Shown here: piece after piece, positions 1 to 9,824 of the stretch
Position numbering within the stretch: position 1 is the stretch's first letter
Layout of the letters: each line of letters starts with the position of its first letter
Source: a candidate division WOR-3 bacterium
GTDB lineage: Bacteria; Hydrothermota; Tepidihabitantia; Tepidihabitantales; Tepidihabitantaceae
Length of the DNA: 64,000 bases
NCBI GenBank assembly: GCA_965649295.1
Contig: CBFGKH010000009.1
Location: 44,284-108,283, forward strand
Reading direction: 5' to 3'
Position numbers and translations under genes: made by a program
Notes under the pieces: model-generated
Seen by the model: the letters and a program-made list of their open reading frames with translations, nothing else
The model's database searches: none
Told to the model about the DNA's origin: nothing

Positions 1-1597
1 GCTTAGGAATCTTCCCAGCGGGAATTGCGGTAACAACGCTGTTCTCACCAGTGCTTGGTTCGACCGCCAGCTTGACGATTGCAAAGTGTCCGTGACCGCC
101 GCTTTGGCGGATGAACCGACCTTCAGCAGTTGCCGTTGCGGTGATTGTTTCTCGATAGGAAACCTGCGGTCGTCCAGGATGAACCTCGACTTTGTAGTCA
201 CGCTGCAGCCGATCAAGCAAGATTTCGAGATGCAGCTCACCCATGCCCGACAAGATTAGCTGACCAGTTTCCTCGTCGGTCCGTACTTTGAAAGTCGGGT
301 CCTCGAGCGCGAGCGTTTCAAGAGCGGTGTGCAGTTTTTCTTCATCAGCCTTAGTACGTGGTTCGACAGCAAGAAAAACGACTGGCTCCGGAAAGTTGAT
401 TGGTTCAAAGGCTATTGGGTGTGACAGGCTCGCCAGAGTCTGGCCGGTGCGTGTCTCCTTCATGCCAACGACGGCGCCAATCTCGCCGGCGCTGAGCGTT
501 GTTGTTTCTTGGGGACGGTTGGCATGCATAATCACGAGTTTTGGCACCCGTACTCGCTTCATCGTTGGCACGGCCATTACGACATCGCCTTGCTGAACGC
601 AACCCGAATAGACTCGGATGTAGTTCAGCATTCCGCGCATCGGGTCGGCTGCGAGCTTGAAGATTAGCGCCGCAAAGGGCGCAGCCGGGTCAGGGGGCCG
701 CGATTCAGGGTTGCCGGTGAGTGGATTTTTGCCGGTTATCGGCGGCACGTCGAGAGGTGATGGTAGATAGTCAACGATGCCGTCGAGCAGCTTCTGGATG
801 CCTTTGTTCTTGAAGGCAGTTCCACAGAACACAGGGACGACCTTTAGGCTGAGTGTGCCGCGACGGATGGCGGCAACGAGGTCAGAGGCAGTAACAGAAT
901 CGCCACCCAGGTAGATTTCAAGGAGTCTCTCATCGAATGTGGTAATGACGTCAATGAGATGGTGCCGCGCCGCAGCGAGTTCGGCTTGACGTTCTTCGGG
1001 TATCGGCACTTCTTCGAACGTTGCCCCAAGGTCGTCGGTATGCCAGACAAATGCCTTTTCAGCAACCACATCGATAACTCCTCGAAACTCGTCCTCGGTT
1101 CCAATCGGCAACTGCACCGGCAGTGGCACCTGTTCAAACTTTTCGCTCATCATCTTGACCACCCGATAGAAATCAGCGCCGACGCGGTCGAGCTTGTTAA
1201 CGAAAGCGATGCGCGGGACGCGGTAGCGATCAGCCTGTCGCCAGACAGTCTCGGACTGTGGTTCCACACCACCGACTGCACAGAAAACGATGACAGCGCC
1301 GTCCAGAACTTTGAGTGAGCGCTCGACCTCGATGGTGAAGTCGACGTGGCCCGGAGTATCAATGATATTGATGTGGTGACCACGCCACTGGACGGCTGTA
1401 GCGGCCGCGGTTATCGTAATTCCGCGCTCGCGTTCTTGAATCATCCAATCCATTTGGGTCGTGCCGGCATCGATCTCGCCCATACGGTGGATTCTGCCCG
1501 AGTAGTAAAGGATACGCTCGGTGGTTGTCGTCTTACCGGCGTCAATATGTGCAGCGATGCCGATGTTTCGAACGTAGCGCAGATCAAGTGCGGCCAT
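1..1597 (-). CDS. fusA: Elongation factor G (runs off left edge of window)
   Basis: Manual translation from ATG 1597: [55 protein letters not shown]; absent from the ORF track because its stop is outside the window. Confidence 0.97.
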   Translation of the reverse strand, partial: MAALDLRYVRNIGIAAHIDAGKTTTTERILYYSGRIHRMGEIDAGTTQMDWMIQERERGITITAAATAVQWRGHHINIIDTPGHVDFTIEVERSLKVLDGAVIVFCAVGGVEPQSETVWRQADRYRVPRIAFVNKLDRVGADFYRVVKMMSEKFEQVPLPVQLPIGTEDEFRGVIDVVAEKAFVWHTDDLGATFEEVPIPEERQAELAAARHHLIDVITTFDERLLEIYLGGDSVTASDLVAAIRRGTLSLKVVPVFCGTAFKNKGIQKLLDGIVDYLPSPLDVPPITGKNPLTGNPESRPPDPAAPFAALIFKLAADPMRGMLNYIRVYSGCVQQGDVVMAVPTMKRVRVPKLVIMHANRPQETTTLSAGEIGAVVGMKETRTGQTLASLSHPIAFEPINFPEPVVFLAVEPRTKADEEKLHTALETLALEDPTFKVRTDEETGQLILSGMGELHLEILLDRLQRDYKVEVHPGRPQVSYRETITATATAEGRFIRQSGGHGHFAIVKLAVEPSTGENSVVTAIPAGKIPK

Positions 1598-1606
1598 GGG
1601 GCTGAT

Positions 1607-1634
1607 ACTCTATTGACCGGCAACGGATAGTCAA
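1607..1634 (-). promoter_or_regulatory. Sigma70-type promoter of fusA (TTGACT-N16-TAGAGT)
   Basis: Hexamers read directly; ATG 9 nt downstream of -10, no SD. Confidence 0.6.
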
Positions 1635-1668
1635 GAAGCCGGCAACCACCGGACGAGTGGCCATAGCC

Positions 1669-1696
1669 TTGACTTGGCAGGCAGTTGGACTATTCT
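1669..1696 (+). promoter_or_regulatory. Sigma70-type promoter of the hydrogenase operon (TTGACT-N16-TATTCT)
   Basis: Hexamers read directly, followed by GGAGG SD before TTG start. Confidence 0.6.
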
Positions 1697-1726
1697 CTCA
1701 GCCCTTACCTACCATGGAGGCAATGA

Positions 1727-2704
1727 TTGCCTGACAAGTTCAAATTCGGGTTCTACTGGGCGGCCTCTTGTGGAGGCTGCGAGATCGCCGTGCTCGATAT
1801 GAACGAGAAGATTCTTGAAGTGATCGAGCGGGCCGAGATCGTCCTTTGGCCAGTGGCGATGGATACGAAGTATGACGACGTCCGCCAGATGCCTGACCGG
1901 TGGATCGATGTCTGTTTTTTCAATGGCTCAGTGCGCAATTCCGAACAACTGGAGCTAGCCGAACTACTACGCAAAAAGAGCAAGATACTCGTCGCGTTCG
2001 GGTCGTGTGCGCATCACGGCTGCATTCCAGGGCTTGCAAACCTCTCCAATCGCAAGCAGATTCTCGACCATGTGTATACCGAGGAGGTCTCGGTCGAGAA
2101 CCCCGACAGGACGGTTCCGCGGGTTAGAACCAGTGTTCCTGAGGGAGAGCTAGCGCTGCCGGAGTTCTTCGACAGGGTGTCGCCGCTCGCTGGGGTTGTT
2201 GACGTGGACTACTATCTGCCTGGTTGTCCGCCGCCGGTGCCGCTGATCGTTGGTGCTGTCCAGGCGATATTTGACGGAAAGCTCCCGGCGAAGGGTGCGG
2301 TGTTGGCGCCGGTTAAGGCGCTTTGCGACGAGTGCGACCGTAACCTGCACGCAGCCAAGAAGATGCCAGATATTAAACGGGCCTATGAGATTCAAGCAGA
2401 TTCCAAGCGGTGCTTTCTAGAGCAGGGTATCATATGCATGGGTCCGGTGACTCGGGCTGGCTGCGGTCAGCGCTGCATCAATGGCAACTGGCCGTGTACC
2501 GGTTGCATGGGGCCCACGCCTGAAGTTAGTGACCAGGGCGGGAAGATGATTTCAGCTCTGAGTTCGATCCTGCGCGTGGATGACGAGAAAGATATCTCTC
2601 GTGCCGATACCGAGAAGCTGCTGTCTGGAGTGAAGGACCCGGTGGGCACGTTCTACATGTACAGCTTCGCTAGCGCGACCATCAATCGCCGGAGGCAGCA
2701 GTGA
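1727..2704 (+). CDS. mvhG: [NiFe] hydrogenase small subunit, MvhG-like (group 3c type)
   Basis: SCGGC, GSCA..GCIPG, PGCPP, CDEC, CFLEQG.ICMGP.T.AGC...C.....PC.GCMGP Fe-S motifs. Confidence 0.9.
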   Translation: MPDKFKFGFYWAASCGGCEIAVLDMNEKILEVIERAEIVLWPVAMDTKYDDVRQMPDRWIDVCFFNGSVRNSEQLELAELLRKKSKILVAFGSCAHHGCIPGLANLSNRKQILDHVYTEEVSVENPDRTVPRVRTSVPEGELALPEFFDRVSPLAGVVDVDYYLPGCPPPVPLIVGAVQAIFDGKLPAKGAVLAPVKALCDECDRNLHAAKKMPDIKRAYEIQADSKRCFLEQGIICMGPVTRAGCGQRCINGNWPCTGCMGPTPEVSDQGGKMISALSSILRVDDEKDISRADTEKLLSGVKDPVGTFYMYSFASATINRRRQQ

Positions 2705-4170
2705 GCAGGCGCATTACTATTGACCCGATAACCCGACTGGAAGGCCACGGCAAGATTGAGATATTCCTGAATGATACGGGCGATGTCGAAAATGCCTATC
2801 TGCAGGTGCCAGAGTTGCGCGGATTCGAGCAGTTCTGTCGCGGGCGCAAGGCTGAGGACATGCCTCAGCTCACAAGCCGCATCTGTGGGGTTTGTCCAGT
2901 AGCTCATCATTATGCCAGCGCTAAGGCGCTCGATGACGCGTTTGGCGTTGAGCCGACCCTAACTGCCAAGAAACTTAGGGAGCTAATTTACTGCGGCTAT
3001 GTCATTTACGACCACATTTTGCATTTCTATTTCCTCGGGGGACCTGATTTCGTGGTCGGGCCGGATGCACCCAGAGCCAAGCGTAACATCATCGGTGTAA
3101 TTGAGAAGGTTGGGCTAGAAACGGCGCGCGAGGTCATCAAGCATCGTGCCTACGGCCAGAAGATAACCGAGATTCTTGGCGGCAAGCCGACTCATCCGGT
3201 GTCGGGCATCCCCGGTGGCCAGACGAAGGGTCTTAGTGAGGAAGAACGCAAGCAGATAGAGGAGATGGCCCGGTCGTGCGTGGATTTTGCCGAGTTCAGC
3301 CTGAACTTGTTTGCGGATGTGGTTCTCGCCAACAAGCAGTACATGGCACTCATTACGAACCCCAGGCTTGGACACAGTATCTACAACATGGGGTTGGTCG
3401 ATGAAAAGAACCAATTGAACTTCTACGACGGCGACATCCGCGTGACCGACCAACAGGGTAAGGAGTTCCTGCGGTTCCGGGCGCAAGACTATGTGGCGCA
3501 CATTGCTGAACACGTGCTTGAGTGGAGCTACATCAAGGTACCGTACCTGAGGAAAGTTGGGTTCAAGGGCCTAGTCGATGGGCCAGATTCGGGTCTCTAC
3601 CGCGTCGGCCCGCTGGGCCGGTTGAATGCGGCCGATGGGATGGCAACTCCGAAGGCCGACGCTGCCTACCAGCAGTTCTTCAAGACGTTCGGCACCAAGC
3701 CGGTTAACTCGACCTTGGCGTTCCATTGGGCGCGGCTAATCGAACTACTGTATGCCTCCGAGCGCGCCCTGGAGCTAGCCACTGACCCGGGTATAACTGC
3801 CAGTGATATCCGGAACATGAACTTCAAAATGAAGCCTGAGGGTTTTGGTGTTGTGGAGGCCGCGCGCGGCACGCTCTTCCATCACTACAAGCTGACCGAT
3901 GACCGGCTTGTGGATGATGTGAACCTGATCGTGGCGACGACCAACAACACCGGGGCTATCTGTATGTCGGTGCGCGAGGCGGCGAAAGAGTTTATCCATA
4001 GCGGTAAGGCCGATAACGGTCTGCTTAATACTATCGAGATGTTCTTCCGGGCGTATGACCCCTGTTTCGGCTGCGCGAGCCACGTGGCTGGTAGGCCGGC
4101 AGTAACTATTGAGCTGCGCGGTCCGGACGGTGAACTCGTGCAGCGACTGGCCGACGCCGGAGGCGAATAG
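2701..4170 (+). CDS. mvhA: [NiFe] hydrogenase large subunit, MvhA-like
   Basis: RLEGHG, L1 RICGVC, L2 DPCFGCASH followed by a cleavable C-terminal extension; GTGA overlap with the small subunit. Confidence 0.93.
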   Translation: MSRRITIDPITRLEGHGKIEIFLNDTGDVENAYLQVPELRGFEQFCRGRKAEDMPQLTSRICGVCPVAHHYASAKALDDAFGVEPTLTAKKLRELIYCGYVIYDHILHFYFLGGPDFVVGPDAPRAKRNIIGVIEKVGLETAREVIKHRAYGQKITEILGGKPTHPVSGIPGGQTKGLSEEERKQIEEMARSCVDFAEFSLNLFADVVLANKQYMALITNPRLGHSIYNMGLVDEKNQLNFYDGDIRVTDQQGKEFLRFRAQDYVAHIAEHVLEWSYIKVPYLRKVGFKGLVDGPDSGLYRVGPLGRLNAADGMATPKADAAYQQFFKTFGTKPVNSTLAFHWARLIELLYASERALELATDPGITASDIRNMNFKMKPEGFGVVEAARGTLFHHYKLTDDRLVDDVNLIVATTNNTGAICMSVREAAKEFIHSGKADNGLLNTIEMFFRAYDPCFGCASHVAGRPAVTIELRGPDGELVQRLADAGGE

Positions 4171-4189
4171 CAGCAGAGAACCGTGCTGG

Positions 4190-5068
4190 ATGGCCTGTGA
4201 ACTGACCATCGTCTTCGTTAACCACAACTCGGCGCGGCTGCTCAGCCGCGCTTTGAGTTCACTGCGACGGGCCGAGCCGCAGCTGGATCTTGAGGCGCTG
4301 GTTGTTGACAATGCATCTGATGACAGACAGGAGCTGGTCACGGTCTGCCGCAAGCATAACGCCCGACTCCTGCGATTAAGCCGTAACCTCGGTTACGGTG
4401 CCGCCTTCAATCGCGGATTTCGTCATGCTTCTGGTCGGTATGTTGCCGTCGCCAACCCTGATCTGGTTTTTGACTCACCAGCAGTCAGCGGTTTGGTGCG
4501 ATTCCTCGATGTGAATCCTTCAATTGGTGCGGTATCGCCACAGCTCGTCTATGCCGATGGTGCGCCGCAGCCGACCGCTCGACGTCTGCCACGTTTGCGG
4601 TACGTATTGGCTGGTCGACGCTCGCCGCTGCTACGGCTTCTACCTCGCTATGCACCGGCGCGTGACTTTCTCTATGCAACTGCCTATCAATCCGCGACCT
4701 GGCTTTCAGTTGAGGCTCTAATCGGTGCCTTCGTGATGTTTCGGCGTGAGGCGCTGGACACGGTGCATGGATTTGACGAGGGTTTCTTCATGTACGCTGA
4801 GGACTTGGACATCTGTCGCCGTCTGCGAGAAGCAGGCTGGGATGTAGTGTTGCATCCTGGATTGCGTGTGACCCATCACTATGGCGCGGTGCGGCGGCAG
4901 CGGCCAGAGTTCAGCGACTTTCAGCGTCTGAAGGCGCTCTGCCGCTACTTCAGCTTGGATTCTGGCTTGTTCGGCCGATTATTTTTTCGCGTGGCCTTTG
5001 CTTGGTACTTGTTCTTGTCCGCGGCCGGTTGGTTGGTCAACTTGCGGGAGTACGAGTACTCTTGGTAG
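4190..5068 (+). CDS. Glycosyltransferase family 2
   Basis: IVFVNHN, VVDNAS, NLGYGAAFN, NPD, FDEGFFMYAEDLD; start moved to ATG 4190 to avoid overlap with mvhA. Confidence 0.9.
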   Translation: MACELTIVFVNHNSARLLSRALSSLRRAEPQLDLEALVVDNASDDRQELVTVCRKHNARLLRLSRNLGYGAAFNRGFRHASGRYVAVANPDLVFDSPAVSGLVRFLDVNPSIGAVSPQLVYADGAPQPTARRLPRLRYVLAGRRSPLLRLLPRYAPARDFLYATAYQSATWLSVEALIGAFVMFRREALDTVHGFDEGFFMYAEDLDICRRLREAGWDVVLHPGLRVTHHYGAVRRQRPEFSDFQRLKALCRYFSLDSGLFGRLFFRVAFAWYLFLSAAGWLVNLREYEYSW

Positions 5069-5085
5069 CCACGGGGAGCGGTGCG

Positions 5086-6471
5086 ATGACACGATTGCGA
5101 AGCTTGGTGAGCGTGGCTGTGCTTGTTCTCGGTGATCTGCTTGCCGTGGCAATCAGCTACGTTCTCGGTTATCTGACTCGCAACCTCGTTTTTACTGGGA
5201 TGCTGCATGTTGTCCCGTTGGCGCTCCCTTTCGAAGCAATCGGCGACAAGTTCTACGTGTTGGCTGCGTATCCGTTTGTTTTCGCCTATGAGGGTTTGTA
5301 CACCAAGCGGTTGCTCGGTTGGGAGGAGACGCGACGCTATCTCCGGGGTGTGTTCGTTGCAACTGCGCTTGTGATGATACTGCTCTTTCTCTGGCGCTAC
5401 TGGATCGTGTCGCGGCTCGCGGTTGTTCTAGCAATGGTCTACTGCATCATATTGGCACCGGTGATGCGCGCAGCAGTCAAGCGGTTGCTGGTTTTGTCCG
5501 GCTTGGCGACCAAACCGCTGGTGTTGTTAGGAGGGGGCAGCGCTGCTGAGCGTTTCTGCCAGGAGCTCATTCGTCACCGAGCGCTGGGTTATGTGATTGC
5601 GCAGCGAGTAGTCCGTGAACAGCCTGGTCAGTCGGTTGCGAAAATGCTGGAGCAAGTCAAGACCGACAACGTGTCGCTGGTCGTCGTGTCGGATGCGTTT
5701 ACTCCTGAGGAATTGCGTGAGCTTTTTGTCATGGCTGAGCAACGTTTCGCTGAGCTCATGGTAGTACCGAATGAGGCGCTCCTCCAGACCGCGACCGGCG
5801 ATGTTGAGCAAATCGGTAACGTGCTGGTGATGAAATACCATTACAACCTACTGCGACCACTGAATCGCTACCTGAAGCGGCTTTTTGAAATCGGCCTCGC
5901 CACTGTGCTTGTGGTGTTGCTAGCACCGTTGCTTGGGGTGTTGTCCCTCTTGGTGGCAATCTCGTCGCCCGGGCCCGTCTTTTTCCGGCAACGCCGCATC
6001 GGTCGCTTTGGTCGGGAGTTCGATTGCCTCAAGTTTCGGACAATGTATGTTGACGCCGAGGTCCGACTGAGCGAGCTGCTGGAGTCAGATCCGGTAGTTC
6101 GTTCCGAGTATGAGACTTATGCACGAATCACGAACGACCCGCGGGTGACTCGCGTCGGCCGATTCTTGCGTCGCTCGAGCCTGGACGAGCTGCCGCAGCT
6201 AATCAACGTGCTACGGGGAGAGATGGCGGTGGTGGGTCCGCGGCCATATCTGCCGGCTGAAGTGCCCAAGATTGGCAAGTATTACGATACGATTACCCGC
6301 GTGCGACCGGGGATTACTGGCCTATGGCAGGTGTCAGGTCGCTCAGAGCTGCCGTTTCGGGAGCGCTGTATCCTTGATGACTACTACATTCGTAACTGGT
6401 CGCTGTGGATGGATTTTTCAATACTGCTTCGTACTGTGCGGGCGGTGCTGACTGGCCGGGGCGCCTACTGA
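5086..6471 (+). CDS. Undecaprenyl-phosphate glycosylphosphotransferase (WbaP/WcaJ-type sugar transferase)
   Basis: N-terminal TM helices; [35 protein letters not shown] motifs. Confidence 0.93.
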   Translation: MTRLRSLVSVAVLVLGDLLAVAISYVLGYLTRNLVFTGMLHVVPLALPFEAIGDKFYVLAAYPFVFAYEGLYTKRLLGWEETRRYLRGVFVATALVMILLFLWRYWIVSRLAVVLAMVYCIILAPVMRAAVKRLLVLSGLATKPLVLLGGGSAAERFCQELIRHRALGYVIAQRVVREQPGQSVAKMLEQVKTDNVSLVVVSDAFTPEELRELFVMAEQRFAELMVVPNEALLQTATGDVEQIGNVLVMKYHYNLLRPLNRYLKRLFEIGLATVLVVLLAPLLGVLSLLVAISSPGPVFFRQRRIGRFGREFDCLKFRTMYVDAEVRLSELLESDPVVRSEYETYARITNDPRVTRVGRFLRRSSLDELPQLINVLRGEMAVVGPRPYLPAEVPKIGKYYDTITRVRPGITGLWQVSGRSELPFRERCILDDYYIRNWSLWMDFSILLRTVRAVLTGRGAY

Positions 6472-6516
6472 TAATGTTTGACTGGCCAACGGTGAAGGTT
6501 ACGCTTACATCCTACG

Positions 6517-8661
6517 GTGCTGATTAGCAACATGTCACTTCTGTTTGTCGTCTTGGTCAGTGCGAGTGTGCCGTCTCAGTGGCAGGCTTTTACTAACACC
6601 AATTTCATAAACGACATGGTAGGGAGTGACACGATAATCTATCTGGCGACCAACGGGGGATTGGTTGAGCTTGAGCTGATACCGACCATCCGCTCGCGTC
6701 GGACTATTGTCAATAGCGATGGTTTGCCCGATAACCGGTGTCGCTGCGTGGTTCAGGATTCTTGTGGTAATCTCTGGGTAGGTACTGATGGCGGTGGACT
6801 GGTTGTGATTGACAGGGACAGCTTTGGGGTTAGACGCTATCGCCCGGCAGAACTCGCGAGACGAATTCGTTGTCTTGCTTGGGATGGTGGGCGATTACTC
6901 GTTGGGTCTGATCAGGGGCTGTACTGCATCGATGTTAATGGGACCCTCATGGACTTTGAGGATGACGAATTGCGCTGGTTTTCGGTCGCACGCTATCCAG
7001 AGTTGTTGAGTGACCGAATCCTGGCTCTCGCTGTCTATGACCGCTACTGGGTTGGTACAAACCTCGGTGTGTCAGCAGTCAGTCCGGAATTTCGTGACTG
7101 GCAGAGTTACCGTCGGCCGTTTGGTGACTCGGTGGCCGGTTTTGCGCAGTGGCGCGATAGTCTGCTGATTGCGACTGAGCGTGGTATTGCTATGAAACAA
7201 GGAGCTGTTTTTCGTCCGGTGTTCACTCTGGCACAGACGACAGGAGTCTATGACCTTGTTGTCTATTCTTCGACGATCTACTTTGCCACCAAGAATGGTC
7301 TCTACGTCGGTGATAGTGCCGAGCAGTCACGGTTCCAGCTGGTACTTGGTGAAGATTGCCGCTGCCTTTGGCTCGGCAACGCCATTTGGGTGGGTTGCGG
7401 TGGTAACGAACAGGCGGGTTCCGGCATTCGCTATCTGCAAAGTGGGCAAAACTGGAACTCATTCTACAACTCATGCATTGCGTCCGATGTTGTCCTTGAC
7501 TGTGCGATTGGGAATGACGGTCGGATTGCCTTTTGCCACGGTAGTGCATTGACGATGATGCCCCGGTCGGGTGAGTTCGATGTTATCTGGCCGCCGGCGC
7601 CAGTACCGGTGCAGGTTAGATTCGACAGTCAGGGCCGGATGTGGCTTGCTCACTTTGCCAGTAATGGCGGCCTCAGCGTCTTTTCATTTGGGGACAGGTC
7701 GTGGCAGACAGTCCGGTGGGGAGACTGGTCAAGCTGGAACATCATTGACGCCTTTGGCATTGACCCCAGCGACTGTAAATGGGTGTACAACGGCGGCAAT
7801 GTTGTCATTGCCATCGAGCATGACGGACGGCAGACGGTTTTCGATATTCCCGGTCTTTCGCCGCCACCAGGCGGTCTTTACGAGTTCACCTTTGACTGGA
7901 CTGGTCGGACCTGGCTCGGACTTACAGTCGGGCTGGTGATGATCGACCACAAGGGGTCGGTGTCAGACCGCTCAGACGATGAATATAGGGTAATCACTCA
8001 GGGGCTACCAGCTCCGGAGGTGAGGACCGTTGCGGCCGACAATCGCGGGCGTATATGGGTGGGCACCGCTCAGGGAGTGGCCTGCTGGGAGGGGGGGCAA
8101 TTCCGTGTTTTCACCAGGGAGAATACCGGCGGCGGTTTGCTTTCAAATAATATCTACCGCATTCGAGTCGATGCTTCTAGTCGCATTTGGGTTCTTTGTG
8201 ATCAGGGACTGGCGGTCTATGACCCGGTGACAACGCGCTGGGAGAACTTCGGCGATGGCGGGCTTGTTCCGAATCCGCTTGGCATTGACCGATTCTATTC
8301 TGCACTTGATGTAAACAGCACTGCGGGAAGAGTAGTCGTGGGCACGCAGCGCGGCGCTTCGGTGCGGGATTTTGGCATCGAGCCGGCGCCGACTGCTGAA
8401 CGGGTGCTCGTGTATCCGAACCCCTGCATACTTGATAGACTCAATCCCGAGAAGTCTGTTGTTATCGACAGCCTTTCTGCCGATATCACCAGTGTGATGG
8501 TTTATACAACCGACGGGCGACCCGTTGCCAGGCTGGGAGTCGATCCAGCACTGCGGCGTGCCGTTTGGAACCCGCGGTCGGTGGCAAGCGGTCTCTACCT
8601 GTTGATGGTGACTAGCAGCTTTGGAACGCGCGTAGAGCGCGTAGCGGTGGTCAGGCCCTGA
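6517..8661 (+). CDS. PorZ-like beta-propeller protein with T9SS-type C-terminal domain
   Basis: Signal peptide; repeated D..G.(L/I)WVGT..G propeller blades; C-terminal VYPNP...SGLYLL..V.VVR. Confidence 0.7.
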   Translation: MLISNMSLLFVVLVSASVPSQWQAFTNTNFINDMVGSDTIIYLATNGGLVELELIPTIRSRRTIVNSDGLPDNRCRCVVQDSCGNLWVGTDGGGLVVIDRDSFGVRRYRPAELARRIRCLAWDGGRLLVGSDQGLYCIDVNGTLMDFEDDELRWFSVARYPELLSDRILALAVYDRYWVGTNLGVSAVSPEFRDWQSYRRPFGDSVAGFAQWRDSLLIATERGIAMKQGAVFRPVFTLAQTTGVYDLVVYSSTIYFATKNGLYVGDSAEQSRFQLVLGEDCRCLWLGNAIWVGCGGNEQAGSGIRYLQSGQNWNSFYNSCIASDVVLDCAIGNDGRIAFCHGSALTMMPRSGEFDVIWPPAPVPVQVRFDSQGRMWLAHFASNGGLSVFSFGDRSWQTVRWGDWSSWNIIDAFGIDPSDCKWVYNGGNVVIAIEHDGRQTVFDIPGLSPPPGGLYEFTFDWTGRTWLGLTVGLVMIDHKGSVSDRSDDEYRVITQGLPAPEVRTVAADNRGRIWVGTAQGVACWEGGQFRVFTRENTGGGLLSNNIYRIRVDASSRIWVLCDQGLAVYDPVTTRWENFGDGGLVPNPLGIDRFYSALDVNSTAGRVVVGTQRGASVRDFGIEPAPTAERVLVYPNPCILDRLNPEKSVVIDSLSADITSVMVYTTDGRPVARLGVDPALRRAVWNPRSVASGLYLLMVTSSFGTRVERVAVVRP

Positions 8662-8673
8662 TGGCTGCGTAGG

Positions 8674-8838
8674 TCAGCGCTTGATTGGACGTCGGCGAGA
8701 CGAACTGTTGCCTCTGTCCTGCTCCTCGGCCGACTCCTCCATGCACGAGTCGAAGTAACGGCACTGCGGGCAACAATCGTCTGATAATTTGCCTTTGGCC
8801 CGACAAAGTTCGTAGCCAGAGCACGCACGACAGCACAT
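8674..8838 (-). CDS. Small Cys-rich protein (54 aa), putative metal-binding
   Basis: MCCRACSGYELCRAKGKLSDDCCPQCRYFDSCMEESAEEQDRGNSSSRRRPIKR; AAGGAGG 9 nt upstream of ATG; fills the porZ-speB gap without overlap. Confidence 0.75.
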   Translation of the reverse strand: MCCRACSGYELCRAKGKLSDDCCPQCRYFDSCMEESAEEQDRGNSSSRRRPIKR

Positions 8839-8900
8839 TGCCTACAGCCTCCTTGGGTGAAAGGAGTAAGTGTGGCGACCGACGGAGACCAGGGTTCTGT

Positions 8901-9734
8901 TCAAGACCGACCACCAACCAGTAATACTAGTTCTCGTACCAGTTCAGCGGCAACAACCGCACCGGTCGATGGTTGAACAGTTCTTGGGCACACTTCGACT
9001 AGGTCAGCACCGACGACATTAAGGTCGGCAAGGAGCGCCAGCGAGTGTACCAGTTCGCGAAACTGACATCCGCCTGGTTCAGGAGTCTGCACATCAGGCA
9101 TCGTACCCGGGTCGAGAACATCGACATCAAGCGTTACATAGACTGGACGGCTGCCGATCGCGCCGACAATGCTGCGGGTTGGTTCTGCTACATCAAAAGG
9201 AAACAGGTTCTGTTCCGACATTTCCTCGGGACGTGAGAAAGACCTGACGCCGAGTTGGAAAAGTGCCGAGCGAGGGATGACGTCGAGGACGCGCCGCATA
9301 GCCGTGGCGTGGCAGGTTACCTCTCCGAGAAACTCGTCACGTAAATCAGAGTGGGCGTCGTACTGAATCACGCAAAGATCGGGATAGCGTCGAGCCAGTT
9401 CGGTAACGATTGGCACGGTGATAGTGTGTTCACCGCCAATAGCAACCTGTCGGCGATGAGCGTCGTAATGGGACTTGGTCACGGTGGTGATCAGTTCGAG
9501 CGGGGCGAGTGGTGTAGCGAAGCTGAACTGGATGTTACCGGCGTCGTAGATGCGGAGCCGAGCGGTATCACGTCGAAGATAGGGACTAAACGTTTCGACA
9601 TTGTCGGCGCCAAGACGAGCGATGTCAGGCCCAAAGCGTGAGCCGGATGCAAAAGAACTGGTTCGGTCCAGTGGCATGCCGATAACGATTACATCAGCGT
9701 CGCTGACATCGGACTGAGCGTAGTAGAATGTCAT
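8901..9734 (-). CDS. speB: Agmatinase (ureohydrolase family)
   Basis: GGEHT, DAHSD, TLDVDVLDP, TPEPGG, DLVEVCP; start at MTFYY inferred from promoter position. Confidence 0.9.
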   Translation of the reverse strand: MTFYYAQSDVSDADVIVIGMPLDRTSSFASGSRFGPDIARLGADNVETFSPYLRRDTARLRIYDAGNIQFSFATPLAPLELITTVTKSHYDAHRRQVAIGGEHTITVPIVTELARRYPDLCVIQYDAHSDLRDEFLGEVTCHATAMRRVLDVIPRSALFQLGVRSFSRPEEMSEQNLFPFDVAEPTRSIVGAIGSRPVYVTLDVDVLDPGTMPDVQTPEPGGCQFRELVHSLALLADLNVVGADLVEVCPRTVQPSTGAVVAAELVRELVLLVGGRS

Positions 9735-9744
9735 TCTTGCATCG

Positions 9745-9814
9745 AGCATAGCTGCACCGAAGTTTGAGTCAAGCAACTGCCTAGCGTTGACAGACCCTGA
9801 GCTTGTGGTAGCCT
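9745..9814. promoter_or_regulatory. Divergent promoter pair speB (TTGACT-N16-TATGCT) / lpxB (TTGACA-N16-TAGCCT)
   Basis: Both -10 hexamers lie exactly 10 nt upstream of their ATG. Confidence 0.65.
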
Positions 9815-9824
9815 GTCGCTGCTG

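Noticed and set aside
288..1630. Plus-strand ORFs over fusA
   Set aside because: Antisense shadows of the EF-G reading frame.
4050..4085. [NiFeSe] hydrogenase
   Set aside because: The L2 motif is DPCFGC with Cys codons and no TGA.
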